DNA of 64,000 nt from Eledone cirrhosa (Eukaryota), in contig OZ024750.1 of NCBI GenBank assembly GCA_964016885.1, positions 51,708,001-51,772,000 of the forward strand, read 5' to 3'. The notes under the pieces are model-generated. The model saw only the letters and a list, made by a program, of their open reading frames with translations. It had not been told where the DNA came from and searched no databases. This document shows positions 28,168-46,513 of this stretch, one piece after another. The stretch's first letter is position 1. Each line of letters begins with the position of its first letter. Both the position numbers and the translations under genes were made by a program.

Positions 28168-28559
28168 AGAGTATTGAAGTTTGCTTGAAGCATTGTGGAA
28201 TAATAAGTAAATATCTTTAAGTCGTTTGGCAGCCTCGACAATGCAAATGGGTAAATCTCCGGGTAACAAGATCCGGTGGTGGAGAGAGAGATGTAAGTGG
28301 GTGTACGTTGAGATGCGTGGCGTGTATAAGACGTGTAGAGGAATGAAGGAAAGAGTATAAAGGATAAAATAAAATAACAACACGAGAGACAGTTACCTTG
28401 GGAGAGATTTAATAGTCCCTATATATTTCGGATTCACATCCATCAACTGGGTTTTTTTCCGGGGTGGGGGAAAGGTTGTCTGTCTGACAAGTGCGAAACG
28501 CGTCCTCCGCTGTTTGTTGTTTTGAATATCAGGCTTCCAAACGACTTAAAGATATTTAC

Positions 28560-29888
<1,329 letters not shown>

Positions 29889-29899
29889 TATATACATAT

Positions 29900-30087
29900 A
29901 TTAGAAAATGAGGGTTTTTTTCCAAAATGACAAAAAAACGAGATGTCCTACACGAGTGAAAGTATAAGGAAAAAAGATGAAATCGAAAATGCAACTGGAG
30001 TCTTTTTAAGAATATTTATTTTGTTCCTTTACCGGTTTCGCAGTTTTTAGGCTTTTCAAAAGTAGAATTGAGATGGAGGGTTTGTGG

Positions 30088-30088
<1 letters not shown>
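29900..30088 (-). mobile_element. PLE terminal-repeat fragment with TTGAAAA...GAAACCGGTA hammerhead-like motif (30027-30062)
   Basis: Same family as 1149-1307; TA-rich flanks. Confidence 0.6.
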
Positions 30089-30150
<62 letters not shown>

Positions 30151-30156
<6 letters not shown>

Positions 30157-30611
30157 TGTATATATAGTGTATTTTGCAATACACTGTATGCTTAATTAAA
30201 AGCATTTCGAAGATCTTATGCTATTGTTTTAGAGTAGTGACAGTCTCACTTACTTTACATTTTCAGCAAACAGGGGGAGATAAAGCTGACAGAGCTATGT
30301 TTCGTATGTTTGACCGGCAACCGCTCTGTATAATCAGTTCCTGATTATTACTAGAAATTCTGTAAGAATCAAACATTCATGATTTTCAGCAGACAGGTGG
30401 GGTACTTGGCTTTGATAAGTACCAATCAGTACGAAACATACCTCTGTCAGCGTTATCTCCCCCTGTTTGCTGAAAATGTAAAGTAAGTGAGACTGTCACT
30501 ACTCTAAAACAATAGCGTAAGGTCTTCGAAATGCTTTTAATTAAGCATACAGTGTATTGCAAAATACACTATATATACATTCATATATATATCGCTATTT
30601 CAGAGCGCCAA

Positions 30612-30617
<6 letters not shown>
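30151..30617 (+). mobile_element. Mini fold-back element family E, with variant-core hammerhead at 30409-30451
   Basis: Arms ~30151-30306 and ~30430-30592, tail CGCTATTTCAGAGCGCCAATTCT; GCT-TTGATAA-GTAC..GTAC-GAAA-CATACCTCTG-TC^-AGC. Confidence 0.8.
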
Positions 30618-30665
<48 letters not shown>

Positions 30666-30728
30666 CGAAGTTGTAGACGTTTAATATTCCTTCATTCATA
30701 AAGCTTTGATATATATATATACCCTACA

Positions 30729-30760
<32 letters not shown>

Positions 30761-30764
<4 letters not shown>

Positions 30765-30956
30765 ATCAAAAGATGGTTAAAGGAGTTCCATGTATTTTAT
30801 TATGCGCATTTCAAAAATGCGCATAATAAAATACATGGAACTCCTTTAACCATCTTTTGATCTTATATATTATGTATACTCCAGTCCTACAAACTGTAGA
30901 GTGCTTCTTATCCGATATCTGCATTGCTTTATTGTACTACAATAAAACTCACCTCC

Positions 30957-30960
<4 letters not shown>
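30761..30960 (+). mobile_element. Mini fold-back element family A, pivot at the hammerhead GAAA
   Basis: ...TATGCGCATTTCAAAAATGCGCATA... centre ~30812; ~50 bp arms, ~95 nt tail. Confidence 0.85.
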
Positions 30961-31045
<85 letters not shown>

Positions 31046-31236
31046 CTCTATTGATTTTTCCCTGGATTTCACCAAATTCTGTGGATGAATCTATATCCTG
31101 AATCTTTTTGAATTGAGTTTGAATTATTTTCCCACATCTTACGTTAACTATTTTTCCATTTTGACGCTATAGTCACTTATATATATATATTATGGAATAC
31201 TGTTGGCTGCTTGCTACAATAATTTCTATACTTTTC

Positions 31237-31294
<58 letters not shown>

Positions 31295-31296
<2 letters not shown>

Positions 31297-31462
31297 CGAA
31301 GGAAATGTGGTAAGGAAGCAGGTGGACCAAAACGCACCAAAGTACTCAATACTTAGGGTAGTAGAGTGGGTAATAGGAACAAGTAAGACCCCGACGGCTA
31401 ATTCAGTCCAGAATTAGCCGTCGAAACGGCTTGAGCTCAGCCGTCGGGGTCTTACTTGTTGC
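31295..31462 (-). mobile_element. Mini fold-back element family D, pivot in stem II
   Basis: Tail on the left; GACGGCTAATTC/GAATTAGCCGTC hairpin at ~31394-31423; one arm internally deleted. Confidence 0.75.
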
Positions 31463-31466
31463 TATA

Positions 31467-31538
<72 letters not shown>

Positions 31539-32047
31539 TAGATAGATATTTGCTACAGATACAACCTTTTTACAGTTAGCTGAGGAAACAAAATCTAACT
31601 TATTCCTTATTGCGTCTATTAAATAACGTCTTATGTTCTAGTGCTAAGAAAAATATGGCGTTGACTGGAAGAGTCGTCTGCTCTAAGATAAACCAACCAG
31701 CGAATGAAAGTGGACCAGAATGTTGTGTCTCAGACATTATCTTTTACAAAACTTCTGTTCTTTGTGAAATGCACTTATCAGGGAATCTCTTATAGCGGCA
31801 TCTATATGTCTATTACATATGTAAGTGTACGTATGTATGTGTCTATGAATGGACTGATGGAGGGATGTGTGTGAATGTATATATGTATGTATGCATGTAT
31901 GTATGCTTGTATATATGCATGTATATATGGTTATCTATACATTTATGTATATCCATGAATATGTATGCGTGTATGTATGTGGCTCTGTTTTTATTATGTA
32001 TGAATGCATGTATATATGCAAATATCTATATATATATATATATATAT

Positions 32048-32406
32048 GTAAATGAAGTAATTCCGTCGGAAAAGTCCAGGAAAAAAGAGTGCTCTATGTA
32101 GGTAACAGAGCTTAATAGTTATGTAATAAACAACATAAGGCAATTATTCCATTTACCAGTGGTTTCTTAAAAGCAACAAATTTTGCTTTCAATCATCAGA
32201 ATGAAAAAATCCTGGTCTATTTATTGAATTGGATTTTAAAAAACAAAAATCTTTTTTTGTCTAAAAAACAAAAAAAGATTTTTGTTTTTTAAAATCCAAT
32301 TCAATAAATAGACCAGGATTTTTTCATTCTGATGATTGAAAGCAAAATTTGTTGCTTTTAAGAAACCACTGGTAAATGGAATAATTGCCTTATGTTGTTT
32401 ATTACA

Positions 32407-32413
<7 letters not shown>
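32048..32413 (-). mobile_element. Mini fold-back element family G: 146 bp arms, 7 nt loop, ~67 nt tail
   Basis: 32115-32260 is the reverse complement of 32268-32413; (TA)n flanks. Confidence 0.9.
32323..32380 (+). ncRNA. Type I hammerhead ribozyme (family G; mirror copy 32148-32205 on -)
   Basis: TTCATT-CTGATGA-TTGAAAGCAA(AATTTG)TTGCTTTTAA-GAAA-CCACTGG-TA^-AATGGA; all three stems pair. Confidence 0.85.
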
Positions 32414-32476
<63 letters not shown>

Positions 32477-32517
32477 TATATGTGTGCGTGCGTGTCTGTG
32501 TATACATGTTTTTATGA

Positions 32518-32584
<67 letters not shown>

Positions 32585-32640
32585 GTTTAGACACTACCTT
32601 GCTCACAAGTGTCTTTTTTAAGCTTCATATAATGTCTCCC

Positions 32641-32711
32641 TATTTTATCTGATGAGAACGCAAATATCGTCCCTGGATGATATTTGTTTTTGAAATGCGC
32701 ATAATAAAATA
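32641..32711 (+). ncRNA. Minimal type I hammerhead ribozyme (family A)
   Basis: TATTTTAT-CTGATGA-GAACGCAAATATCGTC(CCTG)GATGATATTTGTTTTT-GAAA-TGCGCA-TA^-ATAAAATA; palindromic stem III ATGCGCAT. Confidence 0.85.
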
Positions 32712-33000
32712 CATGGAACTCTTTTAACCATCTTTTAATTTCTTCTTATATATATATATATATATATATATATACGTATGTCCCGGGTTGAGTCGGGGAT
32801 AACCACAGTAAGTAGGGTACTCAATACATAGCAGAGTAAAAGTAATTTAATATAGAAATGGCTTCTACAGGACTAGAACTGTTTCATTCGGAGGAAATCA
32901 TCAGTTCAGAACTCCAGGGGGGGGGGTGCGTTTGGGAGCAAGGTCGCGTTAGGGGGGGGAGCTGGGGGGGGGAGCTGGGGGGGGGGGTTAGGGGAGGCGC

Positions 33001-33183
33001 TGGGTTTTTCCATTTTTTAGGATCTCAATTACCGGTTAACGTCTCAATGACATGCCTGCACACCTGCTCACAGCTGCGGCCAGACTATAGTTATGCTGTC
33101 TGCAGCTGTGAGCAGGTGTGCAGACATGTCCGGTAATTGAGACGTTAACCGGTAATTGAGATCATAAAAATGGAAAAAACCCA
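33001..33183. repeat. Imperfect inverted repeat upstream of the Helitron ORF
   Basis: GATCTCAATTACCGGTTAACGTCTCAAT and TGCACACCTGCTCACAGCTGC are mirrored at 33100-33163. Confidence 0.85.
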
Positions 33184-33949
33184 CAGTCAACTGGGTGAAA
33201 GACACTTTGAGCGCAGACAGTTAGAATCTTGTCTGAAATTATTGACTCAACCGTAACGAGTTAACACTATGTAGATCTATTTTATTCCCTATTGTATAAA
33301 TAATATTACAAATAAAAAAAAAGAAAAGAAAAAAACAGAAGCGAGTAGAACACACATCTAGGACCACATACAACACATGATCAGATAATACACACATGTT
33401 TGGAATATTGTTAATCAATTTTTTAGTAATCTACTGATATAAAAATCAGTAGTATATTGAAAAAGTGAAAAAATAGGGTGAGGGGGGGGTGCGTTTCATG
33501 ATTTCGAGGGACAAAAGGGGGCGTTTGGCCTAAATGGGTTGAGAACCTGTGCTTTAGATAATGCCTCCGAAGAAGAATAACAGAATTGGTCGCAAAACGG
33601 CGCGAGGCAGAAGTATGACAAATAGACGAGCAAGTGAGCCACTACACAATCCCGAAATAAGATGGAATGTCCACGCAATGTCCACAAATGTCCACGAATG
33701 TCCACGCAATATCCAGTGGAGCATCGGCGCGTCAGCAGACGGACAAGAGACGCTGTGTCGAAGGCCAGTGCACGAGTTTCTGAAAATGCAGGTCAGCGCG
33801 TTCGCAGACAAAGAAGAAACGCAATGTCGACGGCCAGTGCACGGGCTACGGAGACATCATCCGAAAGGCGTGATCGGTTCAAAGAAGCCTTTCCAGAAAT
33901 GGTCTTTCAAGGGCTTCCAGTTCGCGATGGCTACTTAAGGCGTTTGAAT

Positions 33950-34790
33950 ATAGCCCAATTATGCCACCCATTCTGATGTGATCATTGGCGATATGTCCAC
34001 CATTTGCACCTACTGCAATGCCATGAAGCGGCCAGGTGAACCATCTGGGATGTGATGTGCGAATGGAAAGGTCAGCTTACCTTTCCTCCTTGATCCACCT
34101 GAGCCATTGAAGACATATCTGGCAGGTGAAACAGCGGAGTCTAAGCACTTCCTTGAAAATATCTGGAAATACAACTGCGCCTTTCAGATGACATCGTTTG
34201 GAGCAAACATTGTTAAGGAAGACGGTTTCATGCCTACATTTAAAGTTCAGGGGCAAGTATACCATAGAATAGGATCTCTCCAGCCTCCTACAAATGAAGA
34301 GCCCCAATTCCTCCAAATATATTTCGTTGGCGACTTACATAAACAGGCCGCAACGCGCATCTCCATCTCACCCGGTACTGAACTTCAGCAGATATTACAA
34401 CTTCAAGAGACGCTTCATACACACAACAGCTACGTCCACAGCTTCAAGTGTGCGCTAGACAGCGCGCCCATGTCTGACTTCAATGTGGTTATCGATGCCG
34501 TCAAAAGGCCCCCAGGGGAGCATGTTGGCCGCTTTAATTCATCTACATGCAATGAGATTGCCGTTCTTCTTCATGGTGACCAGCACAATCACAGAGACAT
34601 CGTTCTTAGGCGTTGTGACAGTACCCTTCAACGTATTTGCGAAACTCATAGGTCCTACAATGCACCTCAATATCCACTGCTGTTTGCTTATGATGAAGAC
34701 GGGTACCGCATTAGTATTCCTCAGCACAGACCTAGCACGTCCACAGTGCAATTGAACAAAACAGTTTCGTGTATGCAGTTCTACTCACAC
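33950..34790 (+). mobile_element. Helitron RepHel N-terminal fragment (pseudogene)
   Basis: IGDMSTICTYCNA, SKHFLENIWKYNCAFQMTSFG, FKVQGQVYHRIGSL, PQFLQIYF, QYPLLF..EDGY; in-frame stop upstream; truncated at ~34790. Confidence 0.85.
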
Positions 34791-34803
34791 CGAACAGTTC
34801 TAC

Positions 34804-35008
34804 TCACTCAAAACAAAGACATAAATGTGGAAACATTTTTGCTTTCTTTTTCCTCTTTCCACCTTCTTTTCCCTCGGTCTCAGAACATATCCGTCACTAC
34901 GAACGAGATCTAGAAAATGGTTTCTCACGCATATATACATACACGCATAAACCTACACACACACACACACACAAAGATGCATATGTATACATATATACAT
35001 ATATATAT

Positions 35009-35072
<64 letters not shown>

Positions 35073-35081
35073 ATGCATATG

Positions 35082-35116
<35 letters not shown>

Positions 35117-35307
35117 GTATATATGTATACATATGCATCTTTGTGTGTGTGTGTGTAAGTTTATGAGTGTATGTATATATGTGTGAGAAACCATTTTCTA
35201 GATCTCGTTCGTAGTGACGGATATGTTCTGAGACCGAGTGAAAAGAAGGTGGAAAGAGGAAAAAGAAAGCAAAAATGTTTCCACATTTATGTCTTTGTTT
35301 TGAGTGA
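34804..35307. repeat. Inverted duplication centred on a (TA)n tract
   Basis: 34804-34935 mirrors 35175-35307, and the intervening CA/TA/TG blocks are also mirrored. Confidence 0.9.
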
Positions 35308-35328
35308 TCTTTATTTCTTGCACATATA

Positions 35329-35662
35329 CAGCAGCAACAACAACAACAACGGCAACAACAACAGCAGCAACAACACCAACAGCAGCAGCAGCAGCAGCAA
35401 CAACAACAACAACAGCAACAACAACAACAACAGCAGCAGCAGCAGCAGCAACACCAACAACAATAACAACAACAATAACAACAACAACAGCAGCAGGAGC
35501 AACAACAACAACAACAACAACAACAGCAACAACAACACCAGCAGCAGCAGCAACAACAACAACAACAACAACAACAACAAGAGCAACAACAGCCGCAACA
35601 ACAACAACAACAACACCATCAACATCATCAACAACAACAACAACAACAGCAACGACACCATC

Positions 35663-35702
<40 letters not shown>

Positions 35703-36135
35703 CCATCAACAACACCATCAACAACAGCAGCAACTACAACATCAACGACACGAACAACAATAACAACACCGTTAATAACAGAAGTAACAGCACCATCACC
35801 AACAATAGCAACAACTAATACAATAGCAACGACAGCAACAACACCAACAACAACAATATCTGCAACAACTACTACGACTACAACATCCCCAACTCCCAAC
35901 ATGCGCAACTATAACAATATCCAAAACAGCAGCCAATAACAACAACAAAAGCTATCCCCAAAACAAAAGCTATCCCAACAACAACAACAACAAAAGCTAT
36001 CCCAACAACAACATCAACAACAACAAAAGCTATCCCAACAACAACAACAAAAGCTATCCCAACAACAACAACAACAAAAGCTATCCCAACAACAACAACA
36101 ACAAAAGCTATCCCAACAACAACAACAACAAAAGC
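35329..36135. repeat. Degenerate (CAA/CAG)n tract followed by an AAAGCTATCC(CAA)n minisatellite (35947-36135)
   Basis: Direct reading; about 8 AAAGCT units. Confidence 0.9.
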
Positions 36136-36359
36136 TTCAGGGCGGTTTTCTGCTAGCATATGCAGTGTGCATATTGATATTATACGGTAATATAGATATG
36201 AAACGTAAATTGAAAGGTAAATTGACAATATGCTCATAAAGACTGTGTTACACTTTCTTCTGTAATCAGTAAAGTAATCCATGATACATTTAAAAAAGAC
36301 GAAAATAAAGAGGGAAAAGTGGTGAGACTTTTGACGGAAAATGTTCATGAATCTTCACT

Positions 36360-36951
36360 TGAGAATGTTGATTTAATAGTGATTCTAAAACCTTTATTAT
36401 GGAAGAAAGAATGTAAGTTTTTCCGAAATCCATCAGTGGTTCTGGGGGTTACCTTGTGCAAGGCGAACAGGCCATCGTCGCGGTTCAGTCCTCTAGTTAA
36501 CTCTATAAAACGTTTCTTCAAGTTGTATAGGATGCACAGGCCTACCAGGTCGCTTATTTCTGCAGAATCGATCGCTCCCATGCTAACGTCAAATGGGGTA
36601 TCGGATTTCTTATTGACCCAGTAAGAGCCCTCATGAGATAAGGTCTTACGGGTGTGAAAGATCACGTTGTGCTCAGCATCTGTGATAGTAGTAAACTTTC
36701 TAGCAAAGGTCAGTGCATCCTTCATTAGAGGCTCTGAAATAGAAGCGTAGTACCCTCGGGCTGGTTGTACTGTGACGATGGTCTCTGCAGCTTGCACAAG
36801 GTCAACCCGATGACCACCGATGGGTTTCGGAAAAGCTTACATTCTTTCTTTCGTAATCTAAGTTTTAGAATCACTATTGTATGTAATCTAACTAGGACCA
36901 ATGTTTTCCATCTTGCCTTAGATTTGGAAACTGCCCTCTACTACCCGTACC

Positions 36952-36955
<4 letters not shown>
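36360..36955 (-). mobile_element. Penelope-like RT fragment with an internal inversion
   Basis: Minus strand FDVSMGAIDSAEISDLVG...GLNRDDGL; plus strand 36766-36952 re-encodes YCDDGL...FRKSLHSFF..FRITI. Confidence 0.75.
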
Positions 36956-41285
<4,330 letters not shown>

Positions 41286-41689
41286 TCCCCCCCCCATACT
41301 GGTACTCTAATTATGGAACTCGAAAGGATCAAAGTCGAAGTTGACCTCGACGGGATTTGAGCTCAATCGCTTTTTCAGACCAGGGCCATATTTGCCCTCA
41401 CTAGTGAAGCGTTATTGATACCAAGTTCAATGGTTTTCAGGGACTCGTGTCACATTCCACACTTATAATCTTAGATTTCCTCAATTCTTCCGCCATGTTG
41501 AATTGTTATCTGGTAATGTTTTCCCCGTGCATCATATTGAACTTCCCAAACCTCAATAATTGTAGAGACCCAGGATTATGTCTGAAACAGCAGTTAATAG
41601 TTTCGTTTGTTTTTGTTTGTTGTTTGTTTTTGTTAATTTTTGTTAGTTTGTTCGTTGATTTGTTTTGTGAATTGTTAATACTGGATCAC

Positions 41690-43690
41690 CCTTATAGTTG
41701 ATATATACACTATAGTTGGGTATATAGTATTACAGTGGCATATACACGTATATATACTCTAGTTGGGTATATAATATTACATTGGGGATATACACTATAT
41801 ATATTATAGTTGGGTATATACACTATATACACTCTAGTTGGGTATATAATATTACATTGGGGATATACACTATATATATTATAGTTGGGTATATACACTA
41901 TATACACTATATATACGATAGTTGGGAATATAGTATTACAGTGGGTATATACACAATATACACTCTAGTTGGGTATATAATATTACATTGGGGATATACA
42001 CTATATACATTATAGTTGGGTATATACACTATATATACTATAGTTGGGTATATAGTATTACAGTGTGTATATACACTATATATACTATAGTTGGGTATAT
42101 AGTATTACAGTGGGTATATACACTATATATACTATATTTGGGTATATAGTATTACAGTGGGTATATACACTGTATACACTATAGTTGGGTATATAGTATT
42201 ACAGTGGGTATATACATTATATATACTATACTTGGGTATATAGTATTACATTGGGTATATACACTGTATACACTATAGTTGGGTATATAGTATTACGGTG
42301 GGTATATACATTATATATACTATACTTGGGTATATAGTATTACATTGGGTATATACACTGTATACACTATAGTTGGGTATATAGTATTACAGGGGGTATA
42401 TACACTGTATACACTATAGTTGGATATATAGTATTAGAGTGGGTATATACACTATATATACTATAGTTGGGTATATAGTATTACGGTGGGTATATACACT
42501 GTATATACTATAGTTGGGTATATAGTATTACAGTGGGTATATACACTATATACATTAGAGTTGGGTATATAGTATTACAGTGGGTATATACACTATATAC
42601 ATTAGAGTTGGGTATATAGTATTACGGTGGGTATATACACTGTATATACTATAGTTGGGTATATACTATTACAGTGGGTATATACACTATATATACTATA
42701 GTTGGGTATATACTATTACAGTGGGTATATACACTATATACATTAGAGTTGGGTATATAGTATTACAGTGGGTATATACACTGTATACACTATAATTGGG
42801 TATATAGTATTACGGTGGGTATATACATTATATATACTATAGTTTGGTATATAGTATTACAGTGGGTATATACACTATATACATTAGAGTTGGGTATATA
42901 GTATTACAGTGGGTATATACACTGTATACACTATAGTTGGCTATATAGTATTACAGTGGGTATATACACTGTATACACTATAGTTGGGTATATAGTATTA
43001 CAGTGGGTATATACACTGTATATACTATAGTTGGGTATATAGTATTACAGTGGGTATAGACACTATATACACTATAGTTGGGTATATAGTATTACAGTGG
43101 GTATATACACTGTATATATTATAGTTGGGTATATAGTATTACAGTGGGTATATACACTATATATACTATAGTTTGGTATATAGTATTACAGTGGGTATAT
43201 ACACTATATACATTAGAGTTGGGTATATATTATTACAGTGGGTATATACACTGTATACACTATAGTTGGGTATATAGTATTACAGTGGGTATATACACTG
43301 TATATACTATAGTTGGGTATATACTATTACAGTGGGTATATACACTGTATATACTATAGTGGGGTATATAGTATTACAGTGGGTATATACACAATATACA
43401 CTATAGTTGGGTATATACTATTACAGTGGGTATATACACTGTATATATTATAGTTGGTATATAGTATTACAGTGGGTATATACACTGTATATACTATAGT
43501 TGGGTATATAGTATTACAGTGGGTATATACACTGTATATACTATAGTTGGGTATATAGTATTACAGTGGGTATATACACTGTATATACTATAGTTGGGTA
43601 TATAGTATTACAGTGGGTATATAGTATTACAGTGGGTACATAGTATTACAGTGGGTATATACACTGTATATATTATAGTTGGGTATATTG
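41690..43690. repeat. 47-bp minisatellite, ~40 copies
   Basis: Unit TATAGTTGGGTATATAGTATTACAGTGGGTATATACACTGTATATAC; period checked at 43501 and 43548. Confidence 0.95.
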
Positions 43691-43925
43691 GTATCTGCTT
43701 CCAGTTTCCGAATCACTGACTAAAACTTAGCACATCACATAAACCAGGCCAACGAGACAAGATCAACATAGTCGCTCAACTTGCTGGAGATAGCAGTCAA
43801 ATTCCCCTTCAAAACACAACCCCGCTATCTTAATAGAAGACTTCTTCACGTATTCAGTAGACTTACATATTCCAAAAAAAACAGAACGGATAGTAACAGT
43901 ATTGGTGATAAGTGTTGAACTTAGT

Positions 43926-45332
43926 ACTAACCACCGCCCTCAACAACAACCTCATAGATATAGCAGTTAATACTTGCCTCAAATTCTAAACCTAGGACTA
44001 ACCACCACCCTCAACAACAACCTCATAGATATAGCAGTTAATACTTGCCTCAAATTCTAAACCTAGGACTAACCACCACCCTCAACAACAACCTCATAGA
44101 TATAGCAGTTAATACTTGCCTCAAATTCTAAACCTAGGACTAACCACCACCCTCAACAACAACCTCATAGATATGGCAGTTAATACTTGCCTCAAATTCT
44201 AGACCTAGGACTAACCACCACCCTCAACAACAACCTCATAGATATAGCAGTTAATACTTGCCTCAAATTCTAAACCTAGGACTAACCACCACCCTCAACA
44301 ACAACCTCATAGATATGGCAGTTAATACTTGCCTCAAATTCTAGACCTAGGACTAACCACCGCCCTCAACAACAACCTCATAGATATGGCAGTTAATACT
44401 TGCCTCAAATTCTGGACCTAGGTCTAACCACCACCCTCAACAACAACCTCATAGATATGGCAGTTAATACTTGCCTCAAATTCTGGACCTAGGTCTAACC
44501 ACCACCCTCAACAACAACCTCATAGATATGGCAGTTAATACTTGCCTCAAATTCTAGACCTAGGACTAACCACCACCCTCAACAACAACCTCATAGATAT
44601 GGCAGTTAATACTTGCCTCAAATTCTAGACCTAGGACTAACCACCACCCTCAACAACAACCTCATAGATATAGCAGTTAATACTTGCCTCAAATTCTAGA
44701 CCTAGGACTAACCACCACCCTCAACAACAACCTCATAGATATAGCAGTTAATACTTGCCTCAAATTCTAGACCTAGGACTAACCACCACCCTCAACAACA
44801 ACCTCATAGATATGGCAGTTAATACTTGCCTCAAATTCTAGACCTAGGACTAACCACCACCCTCAACAACAACCTCATAGATATAGCAGTTAATACTTGC
44901 CTCAAATTCTAGACCTAGGACTAACCACCACCCTCAACAACAACCTCATAGATATAGCAGTTAATACTTGCCTCAAATTCTAGACCTAGGACTAACCACC
45001 ACCCTCAACAACAACCTCATAGATATGGCAGTTAATACTTGCCTCAAATTCTAGACCTAGGACTAACCACCACCCTCAACAACAACCTCATAGATATAGC
45101 AGTTAATACTTGCCTCAAATTCTGGACCTAGGTCTAACCACCACCCTCAACAACAACCTCATAGATATGGCAGTTAATACTTGCCTCAAATTCTGGACCT
45201 AGGACTAACCACCACCCTCAACAACAACTTCATAGATATAGCAGTTAATACTTGCCTCAAATTCTGGACCTAGGACTAACCACCACCCTCAACAACAACT
45301 TCATAGATATAGCAGTTAATACTTGCCTCAAA
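43926..45332. repeat. 71-bp minisatellite, ~20 copies
   Basis: Unit ACTAACCACCACCCTCAACAACAACCTCATAGATATRGCAGTTAATACTTGCCTCAAATTCTRRACCTAGG; period checked at 44281 and 44352. Confidence 0.95.
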
Positions 45333-45507
45333 TAAGAGCTACTCTGAAAAAAAGAAAAGATCCCATTGCATAAGGTAGGTCCTAGTTTACAATATCTTAA
45401 GAATAGATGGGATGTTCACTGCTGGAATGTCTTTGATCAAAACCTTGTTCGGGCAGCAATGGCAGCAATCTAAAAAAAAATCAATAACGATACTAACAGC
45501 TCCTTAC

Positions 45508-46425
45508 ATCATCACTACCATCACCATCATCACCACCACTACCATCATCATCATCGTCATGACCACCGTCACCACCATCAAACAGCCATCACCATCACCA
45601 TCACCACCATCACCAGCACCAGCATCGCCATCACCACCTTCATCATCACCACCATCACCACCACCATCAACACCATCACCATCACCACTACCACCACCAC
45701 CATCATCACGACCATCACCACCATCACCACCACCACCACCACCACCACCATCACCACCACCATCACCATTACAACCACCACCATCATCACCACCACCACC
45801 ATAGCCACCACCACCATTACCACCACCACCACCACCATCACCACCACCACCACCACCACCACCACCACTACCACCACCACCACCACCACCATCACCACCA
45901 CCACGACCACCACCACCATCACCACCACCACCACCACCACCACCACCACCACTACCACCACCACTACCACCACCACCACCACCACCACCACCAACATCAC
46001 CACTACCACCACCATCATCACCACCACCATCACCACCACCACCACCACCATCACTACCACCACCACCATCACCACCACCACCACTACCACCACCATCACC
46101 ACCACCACCACCACCACCATCACCACCACCACCACCACTACCACCACCATCACCACCACCACCACCACCACCATCACCACCACCACCACCACCACCATCA
46201 CCACCACCACCACCACTACCACCACCATCAACACCATCACCATCACAACTACCACCACCACCATCATCACTACCGTCAACACCACCACCACCACCACCAC
46301 CACCACCATCACCACCACCACCACCATCACCACCACCACCACCATCACCACCACCACCATCATCACCACCACCACCACCATCACCACCACCACCACCATC
46401 ACCACCGCCACCATCATCAACAACA
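45508..46425. repeat. Degenerate (CAC/CAT)n tract
   Basis: Direct reading. Confidence 0.95.
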
Positions 46426-46513
46426 ACATAACGAAAACGCCGACACCAAACTCTACATTAAACATTACCTCATTCACACGATGTAGTTCTACAACTTTAC
46501 ATTTCACTGAAAC

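Noticed and set aside
28484-28504. CTGACAA-GTGC-GAAACGCGTC hammerhead-like motif
   Set aside because: No stem II or stem I pairing and a mismatched core; at most a remnant
35171-35939. Mucin-like Thr-rich or poly-Asn ORFs
   Set aside because: (CAA)n repeat open in multiple frames; no signal peptide or exon evidence
43926-45332. CRISPR-like regular array
   Set aside because: Contiguous 71-bp units with no unique spacers, no cas genes, eukaryotic context
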